A DNA stretch of 62,063 nucleotides, counting the filler. It is 6 parts of 6 records of this genome, joined end to end, with 100 filler letters (N's around TTAATTAATTAA, not from the genome) between each part and the next. Parts side by side here need not be neighbours in the genome. Positions count along the whole stretch, not along the records: positions 8,546 to 28,435 come from DRR723986_32904; positions 28,536 to 36,749 come from DRR723986_32940; 4 more parts are not named here. One strand, given 5' to 3'. The number at the start of each line of letters is the position of its first letter. Within the stretch, counting starts at the first letter, position 1. This document shows, piece after piece, positions 22,212-36,037 of this stretch. Under the pieces are notes generated by a model. It did not search any database, had not been told where the DNA came from, and was given only the letters and a program-made list of their open reading frames with translations. Made by a program: the position numbers and the translations under genes.

Positions 22212-22754
22212 TTATCAAACATGACCCAGAACTTCTCCGCCGGTATTCAACTTGTATGCAAGCGTACTTGAAATAATCCCACCTTTTGGTGTTGACAATA
22301 TATAAATACCGCGCATGAAAGGCGACATTTCTAGTCTCCGCCGAATCAACGGGGGATTGCCCCGCATTTGCGGGCTGCAAGAACCGTCGTCGGAGCTTGT
22401 TCTTGGTGAAATAACACCGGACATTCCCTTTTTTGCGGAACTCTCAAGATCGGCCAGTGCCTTAACAGTAATATAAAGTTTTTTGCTTGGCTTCGAAATT
22501 CTCATTATATTATTTATAGCTGGCGCTTGATTCCTATACTTTAACAATATCTCAATTTTGTTCTGTCTCTGTTTGTGTAAGAGTCGGAGAGAATGCGAAT
22601 GAAAACGATAACCTCTTATATACCCATGTTCTCGTAGAACCGTTAAAAAACCGATAATGAGTTTGGTTCTCGGGTGTTCAATAACAAGAATTCTATTTTT
22701 TTGTGCGTTTTTTATATGGCTCAGTAAGTTACTAAGGGGTGAACTATTTGACAT
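22212..22754 (-). CDS. rps8: Mitochondrial ribosomal protein S8 with an insertion of about 40 aa
   Basis: LSNLLSHIKNA, LREHGYI, RISKPS, ILSTPKG, GGEVL; ends GTT-TGA-TAA = VW-stop. Confidence 0.93.
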
Positions 22755-22908
22755 GCAGGCAAAAATGGCTGGCTGTTTAACGGTGTCGAAGAAAATCTGC
22801 CACGAAAGAGGACAAGGGTCGCGTGTGTTTTTGCTAAGTGTTCTGGGACCTGCCCGCTTTTAAAGAGGAGGGAGCCGATCGGGGTTTTGCTTCCGCACTC
22901 CCTTCCTT

Positions 22909-24099
22909 CTACGGACGGGCGGAACGGCTCCGGCCCTGTTGTGGTGGGTTTCTTCTTATGCTTGAACTCGCAGTCGAAGAATCGTTACGCCGAATTGTGG
23001 TCGCGGCAGGGGATGACGCAGTTGAAGACAAAGAGCTTAAAGAAGCCGGAGACGAGGACGCAAATAGATTTTTCAATTCCTTTTTACGTGCTTCCGTTAT
23101 GGCATTTAAGATAAGTTGCGTATATAATGATAGAGATTCTGTTGAATCATCGTTTCCTGGTATTGGGTATTGAATACCATGCGGATTTACATTACTGTCT
23201 ATTATACCAATAATAGGGATTTGTAATTTAACTGCCTCTCTAACAAGGGGATCGCCATCAACAACGTCACCGCCAAGACCGATTCTCAGCCGCAGAATAA
23301 ATAACACTTCTGGGATAAACTGTCGCTCTTTTCTTTTTTTTGTGAGAACTTCAGAGATACGTTTTGTCGAAGAGCCTGTCTGTTTTTTTGTCTTTGATGT
23401 TGCAATCTGTTGTTGGTGTTGGTCTTGGATTCGTCCTTGAGCTGTGCCCCTTGAAGTTCCTTGAATTTGTTGATTTAAAAAATATAATGGGTCGCTCGAA
23501 GAGCAAGGGTGGGCAGGATCCATGTGTTCTCCGGCGTAACGCGATGTTTTTGCGGAAGATGTCGCAAACCAAGAGGGATTTGAAGCAATTGGAAGGCGTG
23601 CACCGAGAAAGACGCTATCGTTAGAACCAGAAGTTGCTGTTGCCCTTGGGGATTTTGCTGCTTGGTGTTGTTTTTCAGGCTTGGCCCACAAGTCCTCGAA
23701 AGCTTCTCTTGGGTGCAGTAGCAAGTTTCCCGCAGCGCTGGTATCTCGGAATCGGGACTCACGCAAGGAATGCTCGAACGGAATTCCACGCGTAGGTTTC
23801 CCCTGCGGATCTTCTGCTGCAACGACGCCCCCCTTTAAAAAGAGACGTCGCAGCCGTTGTTGGTGGGGGAAACTTCTCGGTGGTATGTACAGGAGATGCC
23901 CACGGTTTTCATATACTTTTTTCACAAAGTTTGAAGCGCGTCTTATCATTAAAATACTCTGTTCTAGGTCCACTAAATGGATGTTGTTTTTTGTAGTCGC
24001 AAATAGAAAAGATGCTGTTTTGGGGTTTCATTTATTTACCCTGTGACCTAAATGTACCGCAGATGTTAAAAAATGTTTTATGAGAAACGTCACCGCCAT
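22909..24099 (-). CDS. rps2: Mitochondrial ribosomal protein S2, 396 aa, expanded middle and tail
   Basis: VHLGH..W(TGA)NPK; EAVKLQIPIIGIIDSNVNP..IQYPIPGNDDS. Confidence 0.9.
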
Positions 24100-24131
24100 G
24101 GGTTTGTGTGCTTACATTGACTCACAAAAAG

Positions 24132-24203
24132 CAGGCAAAGCGGGATTTGAACCCACAACCTCTAATTTTGGAGACTATTGCTCTACCATTAAGCTATTTG
24201 CCT
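24132..24203 (-). tRNA. trnW: tRNA-Trp (CCA), anticodon stem with A27:G43 mismatch
   Basis: AGGCAAA/TTTGCCT acceptor, ATAGT-CTCCAAA-ATTAG arm, GGTTCAAATCC. Confidence 0.9.
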
Positions 24204-24324
24204 TTGCTGCATCCAATGAGGCAGAGAGCGTCGTTAACGAAGGTTCCACGCGTTGCGCAAACAGAGGCCAAATGGGATCCCCATCGTCTCGAATGGCACT
24301 TTGCAGCACAACTTCGGGGACCGC

Positions 24325-24651
24325 TTATCAGCTCGCTTTTTTGATTCCAGGCAAAAGACCGCCCGCAGCGAGTTCACGTAACATTATTCGTGAGATTTTA
24401 AAATAGTTATGGGTAATACCTCTAGATCTACCTGTTAGAACGCAATGATTCCGAATGCGCGTATGCGACGCATTAGCTGGTAGTTTCGATAGTTGTGTCG
24501 AAGCCCAGAATTGTTTGTTCTCCACACCAGGCGGTCGATTTTGAATAACTTTAAAGGCAATACGTTTTGATTCAAATTTCGGCGGCGAAGTTGTTGTTTC
24601 TGTTCCGCTTCTTCTTCGACGATTTAAATCTTTCTTAATGTGTTTTCTCAT
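24325..24651 (-). CDS. rps14: Mitochondrial ribosomal protein S14
   Basis: [33 protein letters not shown] (TGA then TAA). Confidence 0.94.
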
Positions 24652-24901
24652 CCATATTACGCATGTTGGCGAAAACGGTCGCAGGATACGGCCTTCGGTT
24701 GTTTTTGCTCGTGAAGCGTGCGTGGCGCGCCCTTCCTACGGACGGGGCGTGACGATGTTTGTGATTTTTGACAGGCCGTATCTGTTGTCTGAGAAGAATG
24801 GCGCGGGACGCGCCACAAACCTTCGAGGATTTTGCACGCAGGAGGATTTCGCTTAAACGCTGGCAGGACTCTATGGGGGTGTAAAGAAACGTAACCACCT
24901 T

Positions 24902-24975
24902 CTCCTTAAGTGGGACTTGAACCCACGACACGCCGGTTAACAGCCGGATACTCTAACCAACTGAGTTATCAAGGA
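24902..24975 (-). tRNA. trnN: tRNA-Asn (GUU)
   Basis: TCCTTGA/TTAAGGA acceptor, CCGG-CTGTTAA-CCGG arm. Confidence 0.93.
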
Positions 24976-25206
24976 GTGTGTTTTCGTGCCCTCCGGTCTC
25001 CGTAGGGCGATTCAACGTGGCACATGGAGATCCTCGGTTACAAGCGTTGAACCGGACGCCTTTTCCGGATCCAAAACCCAAACGTCGAAGAAGACAACGG
25101 TGTTGAGCGGGACCCTTCTTCACAAAGGTGGACGTTGGCGCGACTCTTTTTGCGTTGTGGGTCGTCAAAGGGCAGGAAGGCATTTCGGTGGGCCTTACCA
25201 GATCCT

Positions 25207-28435
<3,229 letters not shown>

Positions 28436-28535
28436 NNNNNNNNNNNNNNNNNNNNNNNNNNNNNNNNNNNNNNNNNNNNTTAATTAATTAANNNNNNNNN
28501 NNNNNNNNNNNNNNNNNNNNNNNNNNNNNNNNNNN
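28436..28535. other. Artificial contig linker
   Basis: N-run with TTAATTAATTAA. Confidence 0.97.
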
Positions 28536-28536
28536 C

Positions 28537-30366
28537 ATATCGGCGGGCGGTGAAGGCTCGATCGGCATTTACGCCCAAAGCGCGGGTTATGCGAACACGC
28601 AGGCCATCAATGTTACGACAAACGGAACCGTAACGGGGGGAACCGGATCGAACGGCACGGCGGTTCTCACATCGGGGGGCACGACGGACAACACGGTTGA
28701 AGTGACCGAAGGTGCGCTCGTTCTTGCCGGCACCGGAGGCGACGCAATTCGACATGAAACACTCGATGACGAAGGCGTCTCTGGAGAGAGTACCCTGCTG
28801 GTGGACAACAGCGGTGTCATCGACGGATCCATCAGACTCCACGCGGATGGCGACCCGGTGGCGGGTCTGATCCAGAACAACACCGGTGGCACGCTTCGGG
28901 GCGCTACTGTCTATACCGGTACGTTGACCAACTCCGGGACGGTGGCAATCGGCGATCGGGGTAACAAAGGCACCACACGGCTCTCGGGCGATTTCACACA
29001 GAGCGAGAACGGGATCTTGCAGGTTGGCGTCGATTTTTCTGGCGCGCGGAGCGACCTGTTTTCGATTGAAGGAAACGCGGCGTTTTCTGGACAACTGTCG
29101 GTGGATGCCGGCACACTTGCGCCTAATGTTGAGCTCGAAGTCGTGAATGTCGTTGGCGCTCTCAACGGGTCGTTGGAAGCCGCCGACACCGCCGCCGTCG
29201 ACTACAGTCTCCGCACTGAAGGCGGCTCCGTGAAGGTATCTGTGGCGGACACCCGGTTTGAAAGTGCGTTCAGCGTGTTCAACCGAAATCAACGAAACAT
29301 GGGGGCTCACCTGGATGCGATCTTCGACGCCGGGAGTGGTCCTTATGGAGGGTTGCTCGCAGATTTGGATCGCTTGTCGAAAAGCGATACCAGCGGTCAG
29401 TCTTTTGCAAAAGCTCTGTCCGCTCTTGCACCTGGAGGCTCGCAGGCAGCCGCCGCAGCACAGGCTCAACTGGCCTCGGGTCGTCTCGGTAAAGTTTTGA
29501 GCTGCCCGGTGTTTGCCGGGGACACGGCAATCCTTGAGGAAGAAGCCTGTATCTGGAGCAAAGTTGGCGCTGCAGCTGTTACACAAGGCGGCAGCCCTGG
29601 CTATGATGGCAACGTCTACGGTCTGGCCGCCGGAGCTCAATTCGAAGTGCGCCCCGATTGGTTCGTTGGCTTTGCCGCAGGCTACGAGAACGCCTCCTAT
29701 GACAGCAATGACGGCTTGTCCAACGTGGAAGGCGACACCGGCTTCGTCGCAGCGGCATTGAAACGGCAATGGGAAGGATGGCTGCTGGCGGGCGCGGTGT
29801 CGGCTGGCTATGGCACCTTCAACACAACTCGCCTGATCGACCTGCCCAGCTTCAGCGGAACAGCAAACGGCGATATGGATGTGACAACTGTGGCCGGCCG
29901 CATCCGGGCCGCCTACACCTTTGGCAATGAAACGGGTTATGTGCGTCCCTTCGTGGACCTCGACGTGATCAACACCTACACCAGCGGCTATGACGAGCGC
30001 GGGGCGGGAATCTATAACCTCCGGGTCGACAGTGAGAGCCAGACTACGTTCGTGGCGACACCGGCACTGGAACTGGGTGCACGTCTTGCGCTCCAGGAGG
30101 GCTGGGTCGCCCGCGGCTTTGTGCGGGGGGGCGTAAGCTTTTCCTCCGAGGACAACTGGACCACCTCGGCCGCACTCATTGAAGCGCCTGTGGGTTCCGG
30201 TACTTTCGAAGGCTCTCTTGCGCTTGCTGATGTCGTTGGCCGAGTGGCAACCGGCGCACAATTTACCCACACCTCCGGTTTCGATCTGACCGCGGAATAC
30301 GAAGGTGCGTTCGGCAACGACTATTCAAGCCACAGTGGTGCGCTCAAGTTTTCCTTCAGGTTTTAG
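28537..30366 (+). CDS. Autotransporter (type Va), 5' truncated
   Basis: Gly-rich passenger with GIYAQS repeat; beta-barrel ending LKFSFRF. Confidence 0.88.
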   Translation: MSAGGEGSIGIYAQSAGYANTQAINVTTNGTVTGGTGSNGTAVLTSGGTTDNTVEVTEGALVLAGTGGDAIRHETLDDEGVSGESTLLVDNSGVIDGSIRLHADGDPVAGLIQNNTGGTLRGATVYTGTLTNSGTVAIGDRGNKGTTRLSGDFTQSENGILQVGVDFSGARSDLFSIEGNAAFSGQLSVDAGTLAPNVELEVVNVVGALNGSLEAADTAAVDYSLRTEGGSVKVSVADTRFESAFSVFNRNQRNMGAHLDAIFDAGSGPYGGLLADLDRLSKSDTSGQSFAKALSALAPGGSQAAAAAQAQLASGRLGKVLSCPVFAGDTAILEEEACIWSKVGAAAVTQGGSPGYDGNVYGLAAGAQFEVRPDWFVGFAAGYENASYDSNDGLSNVEGDTGFVAAALKRQWEGWLLAGAVSAGYGTFNTTRLIDLPSFSGTANGDMDVTTVAGRIRAAYTFGNETGYVRPFVDLDVINTYTSGYDERGAGIYNLRVDSESQTTFVATPALELGARLALQEGWVARGFVRGGVSFSSEDNWTTSAALIEAPVGSGTFEGSLALADVVGRVATGAQFTHTSGFDLTAEYEGAFGNDYSSHSGALKFSFRF

Positions 30367-30679
30367 GCGCTGAGAGGTCCCTGTCCCGGACCAGGTTGAC
30401 ACCGTCACGGGGCCCAGCACGAACAACGAAACGGACCGTGAGTGAGCGGCGGCGAAGCTCCAGGGGCCGTTCGTCATAGAGGGGGCTGGACTTTCCCGCC
30501 GTCGGTCTCCCGGCCCCGAGCAACCTGTGTTCAAAAGAATGCAGACGGGATGTTCAAGCCGTCTAAAACCGATCAAACTGCATCCGTTACTTGAACGGAT
30601 CTTCTCTGTCTGCAACATTCGCGTTTATTGACATATTTTCACAACCAATGACTTGATCAGCTATCAAAGGGCCTGCCGG

Positions 30680-31465
30680 ATGCCTGTCTACACCTTCAAC
30701 ACTTTGTACGATCGAAAAGAAAAACGCCCCGACGAATACGGTGCGGTGACTGTATTGACTGAAATCATTTGCCCAGGAACCCATCATCAATACGAGCGGC
30801 AGACCTCGGTCTATGGATATGTCTATCCTCTTGACACCACGTCGGGCCGTAAGTCGGCGCCGGAACCGTTTTCGGGCTTTCGGATTGGCGCGACCAAGCG
30901 CATTCCCAAGAAGGCCAAACTGATCAGCCCACGCAATAGCGGCAAGGTCGACATGGACAAGGGACACATCATTGCTCTGGAGTTGGGTGGCCCCGATGTC
31001 CCGGCCAATATCTGTCCGCAATGGTCGCAATTCCAACGGAACGGCGAATGGCGGCGAATGGAAGTCGAGGTTCATGAGATCGCGCAGCAGCAAGAAGCGC
31101 ACGACAATCTGGTGAAGATGACCGTGCATCTTTATTACAATGGTTCTCTGTCGCACACCCGCGGGCTTTGCCCCTCGGGATTCCAGGTAGACCTGACCTT
31201 GAACGACACGAACTCGCTGCTCAAACGCTACCAGATCGACAACACCCACAGCTCCGTCGATGATCAAATGTTCTGGCGCATTGCGGACCCACTGGATTCG
31301 AAAATGGACGTGGTAGATCCGATCGGAATGCCTCCCCCCATAACGCCCAGCCCCAGCTTCCCCGGCGCACAACCGGTAATGACCCAACGGCAAAACGGTA
31401 TGAACTGGTTCGATTTTGCCAATCGTCACATTGATGACGAGGATGAATACATGGATCAGAGCTAA
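30680..31465 (+). CDS. DNA/RNA non-specific (His-Me finger) endonuclease-domain protein
   Basis: DKGHIIALELGG...NICPQ..FQRNGEWRRME resembles the DRGH/NxxPQ core. Confidence 0.75.
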   Translation: MPVYTFNTLYDRKEKRPDEYGAVTVLTEIICPGTHHQYERQTSVYGYVYPLDTTSGRKSAPEPFSGFRIGATKRIPKKAKLISPRNSGKVDMDKGHIIALELGGPDVPANICPQWSQFQRNGEWRRMEVEVHEIAQQQEAHDNLVKMTVHLYYNGSLSHTRGLCPSGFQVDLTLNDTNSLLKRYQIDNTHSSVDDQMFWRIADPLDSKMDVVDPIGMPPPITPSPSFPGAQPVMTQRQNGMNWFDFANRHIDDEDEYMDQS

Positions 31466-31614
31466 GGAGCAGAGTGCAGAACTCAGCGAGGAACAAGCCG
31501 AAAATCCAACGGTGTATTCGTGGCGAACGTAACGGCGTGCTCGGTAAAGGTCAGCATTGAGCCTTTCGCGGGCCTCTGGCCCCTGACGCACCCAGGGGCC
31601 AGAACCTGCGTCGG

Positions 31615-32457
31615 TCAGCGCGACAGCAACAGGGGGATGACGGTTTGCTCCAGCATTTCCCGTGTTGTGCCTCCCAGAATGTTCTCCCGCAGGCGTGAAT
31701 GTCCGTAGGCACCCATTACCAGAAGGTCGGCTCCCAGTTCGCGTACACTGTCCAGCAAGGCTTCGGACACGGGCCTGTCGGCGGACGCCACACTTTGAAC
31801 GGAAATGCCGAGACCGTGGCGGGCAAGGACCGTTGCGATATCGCTGCCAGGGTCTTCCCCGTGATCATTGTCGCCGACGACCGGGTCAACCAGCAGCAGC
31901 GTGATTTCCTCGGCTGACTTCAGAAACGGCAGCGACTCGGAAACGGCGCGGGCGGCTTCCCGCCGTGAATTCCAGGCGATGGCCACTTTAGTGCCAATGT
32001 GGTCGGCCTTGAAGGAATTGGGAACATAAAGCACGGGCCGGCCGGAATCGAACAGTGCTCCATCGATCGCATTCTTTTCGACGGAATTGAGCTCTTGCTC
32101 CACGGAGCGCAGGACAACAGCCAGATCACAATAGATGGCATGGCGGGCAACAAGATTGTCCTGGCGAGCGGTAGAAGACAGACTTGGCCGGACGTCGAAC
32201 GAGATACCTTCCCTTGCAAGCTGTGCTTCTACGCGGGAAGCAAGGGATGTCAGCTCGATCTTTCGCTGGTCGAATTCCTTCGCCCAGATTTCGATGTATC
32301 CGTGCCCGCCAGATCCGTAGAACGGCAGTTGCGGGACTTCACCGATCGGTAAAACTGTGAGATGAGCATCAAAAGCCCTCGCTACCGTGACAGCCTTGCC
32401 GACGGTTTCCGCAGAGACATCAAGTTCCGTGATTGCGAGTATCGTCTTGTAGGTCAT
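31615..32457 (-). CDS. Universal stress protein (tandem USP domains)
   Basis: MTYKTIL start; SGRPVL; AWNSRREAARA; DLLVMGAYGHSRLRE. Confidence 0.92.
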   Translation of the reverse strand: MTYKTILAITELDVSAETVGKAVTVARAFDAHLTVLPIGEVPQLPFYGSGGHGYIEIWAKEFDQRKIELTSLASRVEAQLAREGISFDVRPSLSSTARQDNLVARHAIYCDLAVVLRSVEQELNSVEKNAIDGALFDSGRPVLYVPNSFKADHIGTKVAIAWNSRREAARAVSESLPFLKSAEEITLLLVDPVVGDNDHGEDPGSDIATVLARHGLGISVQSVASADRPVSEALLDSVRELGADLLVMGAYGHSRLRENILGGTTREMLEQTVIPLLLSR

Positions 32458-32729
32458 TGTACCGGCTCCCTCCCCTGTTCGCCTGCGTGGGCGCGCGCCA
32501 TGCAGATCATCATCTGCATTTTTCCGGTAAAACGATTGAGAGGCAAACTGGTGGTGACTACGTAGCCAGTCGGCGGGGTGTTCCGGGTGGACTAAGCATT
32601 GGTCCCGACTTGGCGTACCGCGTTCCACCCGCGAGAATTCGTCCGTGATACAAGTGTATTCAGCATTCTCATCTAATCCTGAACGGCCAAGTTGCCGCTG
32701 CCTCGACGGATCCATCAGCCCTGAACCGT

Positions 32730-35423
32730 TTGCACCAAACCAGCATCGACGCTCCCTTCGCAATCGACCCTGAAGTGGTTGCTCAGGAGCTTTCGGTTCA
32801 CCCCATGGCGGGGCTCGGGGAGGATGAAGTTGTCAGGCGTCGACGGCGTTACGGCACCAACAAGTTTCGCGAGCTGAAAACCAAGAGTGCATTCGCAATC
32901 CTTGCCCATCAATTTGCGAGCATCATCGTCTGGCTTCTTGCAGCCGCCGTTTTCATGTCTCTGCTTCTGGGCGATTTCGCGGACGCGATCGCGATATCCA
33001 TCGTCCTGGTTCTGAACGGTGCCATCGGGTTCTTCACCGAGTTGCGCGCGGCCCGGTCGATGGAAGCCCTGTTGCGGATCACCACGACGCACTCCCGTGT
33101 GCGCCGAGACGGCAAGGTGCTTGAGATCGAGGCAACGGCGCTGGTCCCTGGAGACATCGTAATCCTTGAGGCAGGAGACGTCGTCACGGCTGACCTTCGG
33201 CTCACGGCTGCTTCCGATCTTCATTGCGATGAGTCCCTGCTGACCGGGGAGAGCGTCCCGGTTGAAAAGCAGACTTCCAGGATGGCCGAAGAGACGGTGC
33301 TTGCCGAACGCTTCAACATGGCTTTCAGCGGAACGGCGGTCACCCAGGGGCTTGGCGAAGGCATCGTTGTTGCCACCGGCATGTCGACGGAACTTGGCCG
33401 GATCAGCGCCCTTGCGCAGCAGGCCGACGCCGAAATCTCTCCCCTCGAAAGGAGACTGGACAGGCTGGGGCAGAAGTTGGTCTGGCTGACGCTGGTGCTT
33501 GCCGGGCTCACGATCATGGCTGGCATTCTCTGGGGTCATCCTCTGTCAGAGATGCTTAAAACCGGAATTGCGCTTGCGGTTGCCGCCATTCCGGAAGGTC
33601 TGCCAATCGTGGCGACGTTGTGCCTGGCCAGAGGCATGTGGCGCATGGCGGCCCGCAACGCGCTCGTCACCGAACTTTCGGCTGTAGAGACGCTAGGGGC
33701 GACGACACTGATCCTGACCGACAAGACCGGAACCTTGACGGAAAACCGGATGACGGCCGTCCGTTATCTTCTCGACAGCGCGGATATCGACATTCTGCAT
33801 GAAGGCAACGGCATTCGCTTTTGTTCAGAAGGCCAGGACATCGAACCGGCCTCCACGGAGGGCCTTGCTGTCGCTCTCAGGATTGGTGCGCTGTGCAATT
33901 CGGCGGAATATTCAGATGGTCCGGATGAAGTGCGGATCGGTGATCCGATGGAGGTATCGTTGCTGGCCGCTGCATCTGCCGCAGGTCTTGCAAGATCTCG
34001 TCTGCTGCAGACAATGAAGCCGGCAGAACAGTATGCCTTCACTCCGCAACGCAAGATGATGGCGACGGTCCATCATGGTGACGGGCACTTTTTCTATGCC
34101 GTCAAGGGCGCTCCGGAAGCCGTCCTGAACGCGGCATCAGAGTTTCTAGGAAACGAAGGTACCCGCGCCTTCACGGATGCGGACCGTGCCGCGTGGCGCG
34201 GCCGTCAGGAAGAGGCAGCCCGATGCGGCCAGCGTCTCCTCGCCCTTGCCTTCAAAACGGCAGCAACACCTTCCGAAGATCCCTATGAAGGTCTGACGCT
34301 GGTCGCACTGGTCTGCTTTCTTGATCCGATACGGGCAGACGTTCCAGGAGCGATCAGGGCCAGTCAGCAGGCGGGTGTCCGGGTTGTGATGATGACCGGT
34401 GACCATGCCGAGACCGCGGCGAAGATCGCACAGGACGCAGGCATCGGAACATCCAGCCTGAAAGTGCTGTCCGGCCATGAGTTAAACGGGATCGACATGG
34501 CACAGGCGACGGCAGAGCAGCGCGAACAGCTCATGGCGACCGATGTCTTTGCAAGGGTGGCACCCGACACCAAGCTGAACCTGGTTTCACTCTTTCAGGA
34601 TGGCGGACATGTGGTCGCCATGACGGGCGACGGCGTCAACGACGCTCCGGCGCTCAAGAAAGCGGATATCGGAATTGCCATGGGCAAGCGCGGCACACAG
34701 GTTGCCCGCGAAGCGTCCGACATTGTCCTGAAGGACGACGACTTCGCGACGATCATCGCCGCAATGCGCCAGGGCAGGATCATTTTCGAGAATATCCGCA
34801 AGTTCGTCGTTTATCTGATGTCCTGCAACGTCAGCGAGGTGTTGATTGTCGGCATTGCGGTTGGTGTCGGCCTGCCTGTTCCGCTCCTGCCACTTCAGAT
34901 CCTGTTCCTCAACCTGGTGACCGATGTCTTCCCCGCTTTTGCCCTGGGGCTCGGAAAGGGGGAAGACGGGGTAATGCAGCGCCCGCCGCGGGACCCCGGT
35001 GAGCCTATCGTCGACGGGTCCCGCTGGATGTTGATCGGTTATATCGGTTGCACGATTACGTTTTCGACGCTTGCTGCATTTGTCATCGCGTTGTTTCTGC
35101 TTGGTCTGGAAACGGAAAGGGCCATCACGGTTACTTTTCTGACGCTGGCACTGTCACAGCTCTGGAACGTCTTCAACATGCGTGCCGCAACAGGCCCATT
35201 CTGGAAAAGCGATGTCCTTCGCAATGGTTATGTCTGGGGCGCTATCTCGTTGTGCCTCTCACTTGTCGCAATGGCACTTCTGAATACGGATCTGTCAGCG
35301 CTTCTGGCATTGCCATGGCCAGGACTGACGGGTCTTCTGGTCGCTGGCACGATGAGTTTTCTGCCGTTGGTTCTCGGACAGGCCTGGATAAGCCTTGCGG
35401 CCCGCAACAGCGGTGCGAAGTAA
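32730..35423 (+). CDS. P-type IIA cation-transporting ATPase
   Basis: TGES, PEGL, DKTGTLT, KGAPE, MTGDH, GDGVNDAP motifs. Confidence 0.95.
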   Translation: MHQTSIDAPFAIDPEVVAQELSVHPMAGLGEDEVVRRRRRYGTNKFRELKTKSAFAILAHQFASIIVWLLAAAVFMSLLLGDFADAIAISIVLVLNGAIGFFTELRAARSMEALLRITTTHSRVRRDGKVLEIEATALVPGDIVILEAGDVVTADLRLTAASDLHCDESLLTGESVPVEKQTSRMAEETVLAERFNMAFSGTAVTQGLGEGIVVATGMSTELGRISALAQQADAEISPLERRLDRLGQKLVWLTLVLAGLTIMAGILWGHPLSEMLKTGIALAVAAIPEGLPIVATLCLARGMWRMAARNALVTELSAVETLGATTLILTDKTGTLTENRMTAVRYLLDSADIDILHEGNGIRFCSEGQDIEPASTEGLAVALRIGALCNSAEYSDGPDEVRIGDPMEVSLLAAASAAGLARSRLLQTMKPAEQYAFTPQRKMMATVHHGDGHFFYAVKGAPEAVLNAASEFLGNEGTRAFTDADRAAWRGRQEEAARCGQRLLALAFKTAATPSEDPYEGLTLVALVCFLDPIRADVPGAIRASQQAGVRVVMMTGDHAETAAKIAQDAGIGTSSLKVLSGHELNGIDMAQATAEQREQLMATDVFARVAPDTKLNLVSLFQDGGHVVAMTGDGVNDAPALKKADIGIAMGKRGTQVAREASDIVLKDDDFATIIAAMRQGRIIFENIRKFVVYLMSCNVSEVLIVGIAVGVGLPVPLLPLQILFLNLVTDVFPAFALGLGKGEDGVMQRPPRDPGEPIVDGSRWMLIGYIGCTITFSTLAAFVIALFLLGLETERAITVTFLTLALSQLWNVFNMRAATGPFWKSDVLRNGYVWGAISLCLSLVAMALLNTDLSALLALPWPGLTGLLVAGTMSFLPLVLGQAWISLAARNSGAK

Positions 35424-35513
35424 GTTTTCGCTGTTCGAGTTTGTTTGGCTTTCGGAAGCAGGGTTTGCCGGGGCTTGGTTGTGCACCTGCAAACCCTGCG
35501 TTCCACGACCGGA

Positions 35514-35987
35514 TTACATCGGCGGCATGATGACCTTGTCAATCACGTGAATGACGCCGTTGTCGGCTGCCACATCTGCTGTCACGACATTGGCGTCGTT
35601 GATCATCACGCCATTGTCGAGGTCTACCGTGATTTCACTGCCTTCCACGGTCTTCGCCATCATTCCATCCGAAAGATCTGTCGAGAGAACTTTGCCTGGA
35701 ACCACATGGTAAGTCAGGATGGCGACAAGCTTGTCCTTGTTTTCGGGCTTCAGAAGGTCGTCAACGGTACCAGCCGGCAATGCGGCAAAGGCTTCGTCGG
35801 TGGGCGCAAAAACGGTGAAGGGACCGTCCCCTTTCAGGGTTTCAACAAGGCCTGCGGCCTGAACGGCCGCAACGAGCGTGCCGAACGAGCCTGCGCCGAC
35901 AGCCGTGTCGACAATATCGGCGGCTTTCGCCGGAAGAGACACCACGGAAGCAACGATGCCGATTGCAAGATACTTGGCGAATTTCAT
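35514..35987 (-). CDS. Secreted fasciclin (FAS1) domain protein
   Basis: Signal peptide; [29 protein letters not shown]. Confidence 0.93.
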   Translation of the reverse strand: MKFAKYLAIGIVASVVSLPAKAADIVDTAVGAGSFGTLVAAVQAAGLVETLKGDGPFTVFAPTDEAFAALPAGTVDDLLKPENKDKLVAILTYHVVPGKVLSTDLSDGMMAKTVEGSEITVDLDNGVMINDANVVTADVAADNGVIHVIDKVIMPPM

Positions 35988-36037
35988 CTGATCCTCCTTG
36001 TCACGTTCTGAAGCTGGCTTCGCGCCAGCCACCCCAG

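Noticed and set aside
16277-24975. Acanthamoeba-type 5' tRNA editing
   Set aside because: The first three acceptor pairs of all five tRNAs are already paired (G3:U70 in Ala is the identity element).
28480-30270. 596-aa minus-strand ORF and other long antisense ORFs (30587-31591, 32715-33539)
   Set aside because: Shadow frames of high-GC genes; the first also runs into the linker.
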